Below are positions 63,609-64,000 of a stretch of DNA of 64,000 bases, piece by piece. Positions within the stretch are counted from its first letter, which is position 1. The number at the start of each line of letters is the position of its first letter. Under the pieces are notes generated by a model. It was not told the DNA's origin. It saw only the letters and a program-made list of their open reading frames with translations, and did no database searches. The DNA comes from Podarcis liolepis (Eukaryota): the NCBI GenBank assembly GCA_965112155.1, contig OZ218110.1; one strand, given 5' to 3'. Both the position numbers and the translations under genes were made by a program.

Positions 63609-64000
63609 TTTATTTCCCCAACCCAGCTGCACACTGCTGTGATTGCAGGCTTACCCAGCCCTCACATTGCCTTCCCAAAGCCAGGTCAAAAGCCCTCCGC
63701 CTTGCAGAGGCAGGGGGCCACTTCCAGGGGTCCCTGGTTTTATGCGTTTCTGCATGCACCTCCAGAATCAAACCCTCACAAAAGATGCAAGTTACCTGTA
63801 TTAAGGTTTAAGCCAAAATTAATTTTTCCAACCACGCATTAAGTTCCCCTTTCCTCTGCTTCAAAACACTTGCATAACTTGATTTATATTTGAATGTCCT
63901 GTGCAGGAGGGAGTCTTCCTATTGGCCCGAGTTCTTTCTTTTCTGATAGATTAAAAGTTAACCTTAGGGAGGGGAAGATTTTGGCCACGGGGAAGTTTCT

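Overview
Vertebrate genomic DNA, almost certainly from a lacertid lizard: it carries abundant young Sauria/Squam1-type SINEs, TA-flanked Tc1/mariner-pogo MITEs, hAT MITEs, and L2, CR1, L1, Rex1 and Bov-B fragments. Three genes lie in the same order and orientation as the NOSIP-PRRG2-PRR12 block of human 19q13.33. PRR12 is on the minus strand: coding exons 1-4, with the 3' part beyond position 1 and a CpG-island promoter at about 17.7-19.4 kb. PRRG2 is on the minus strand: six coding exons, 627 nt, a 208-aa transmembrane Gla protein. NOSIP is on the plus strand: the first five coding exons, with the 3' part beyond the window. Also present are a tRNA-Lys-derived pseudogene and a 139-N assembly gap. 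I found no convincing wholly new biological system. The best leads are: no usable GT donor after the PRRG2 Gla exon, plus an altered carboxylase-recognition propeptide; stop-start uORFs over a GCC repeat in the PRR12 leader; an in-frame alternative donor in PRR12 intron 2; a near-perfect 47-bp fold-back in a PRRG2 intron; and a three-level nested transposon.
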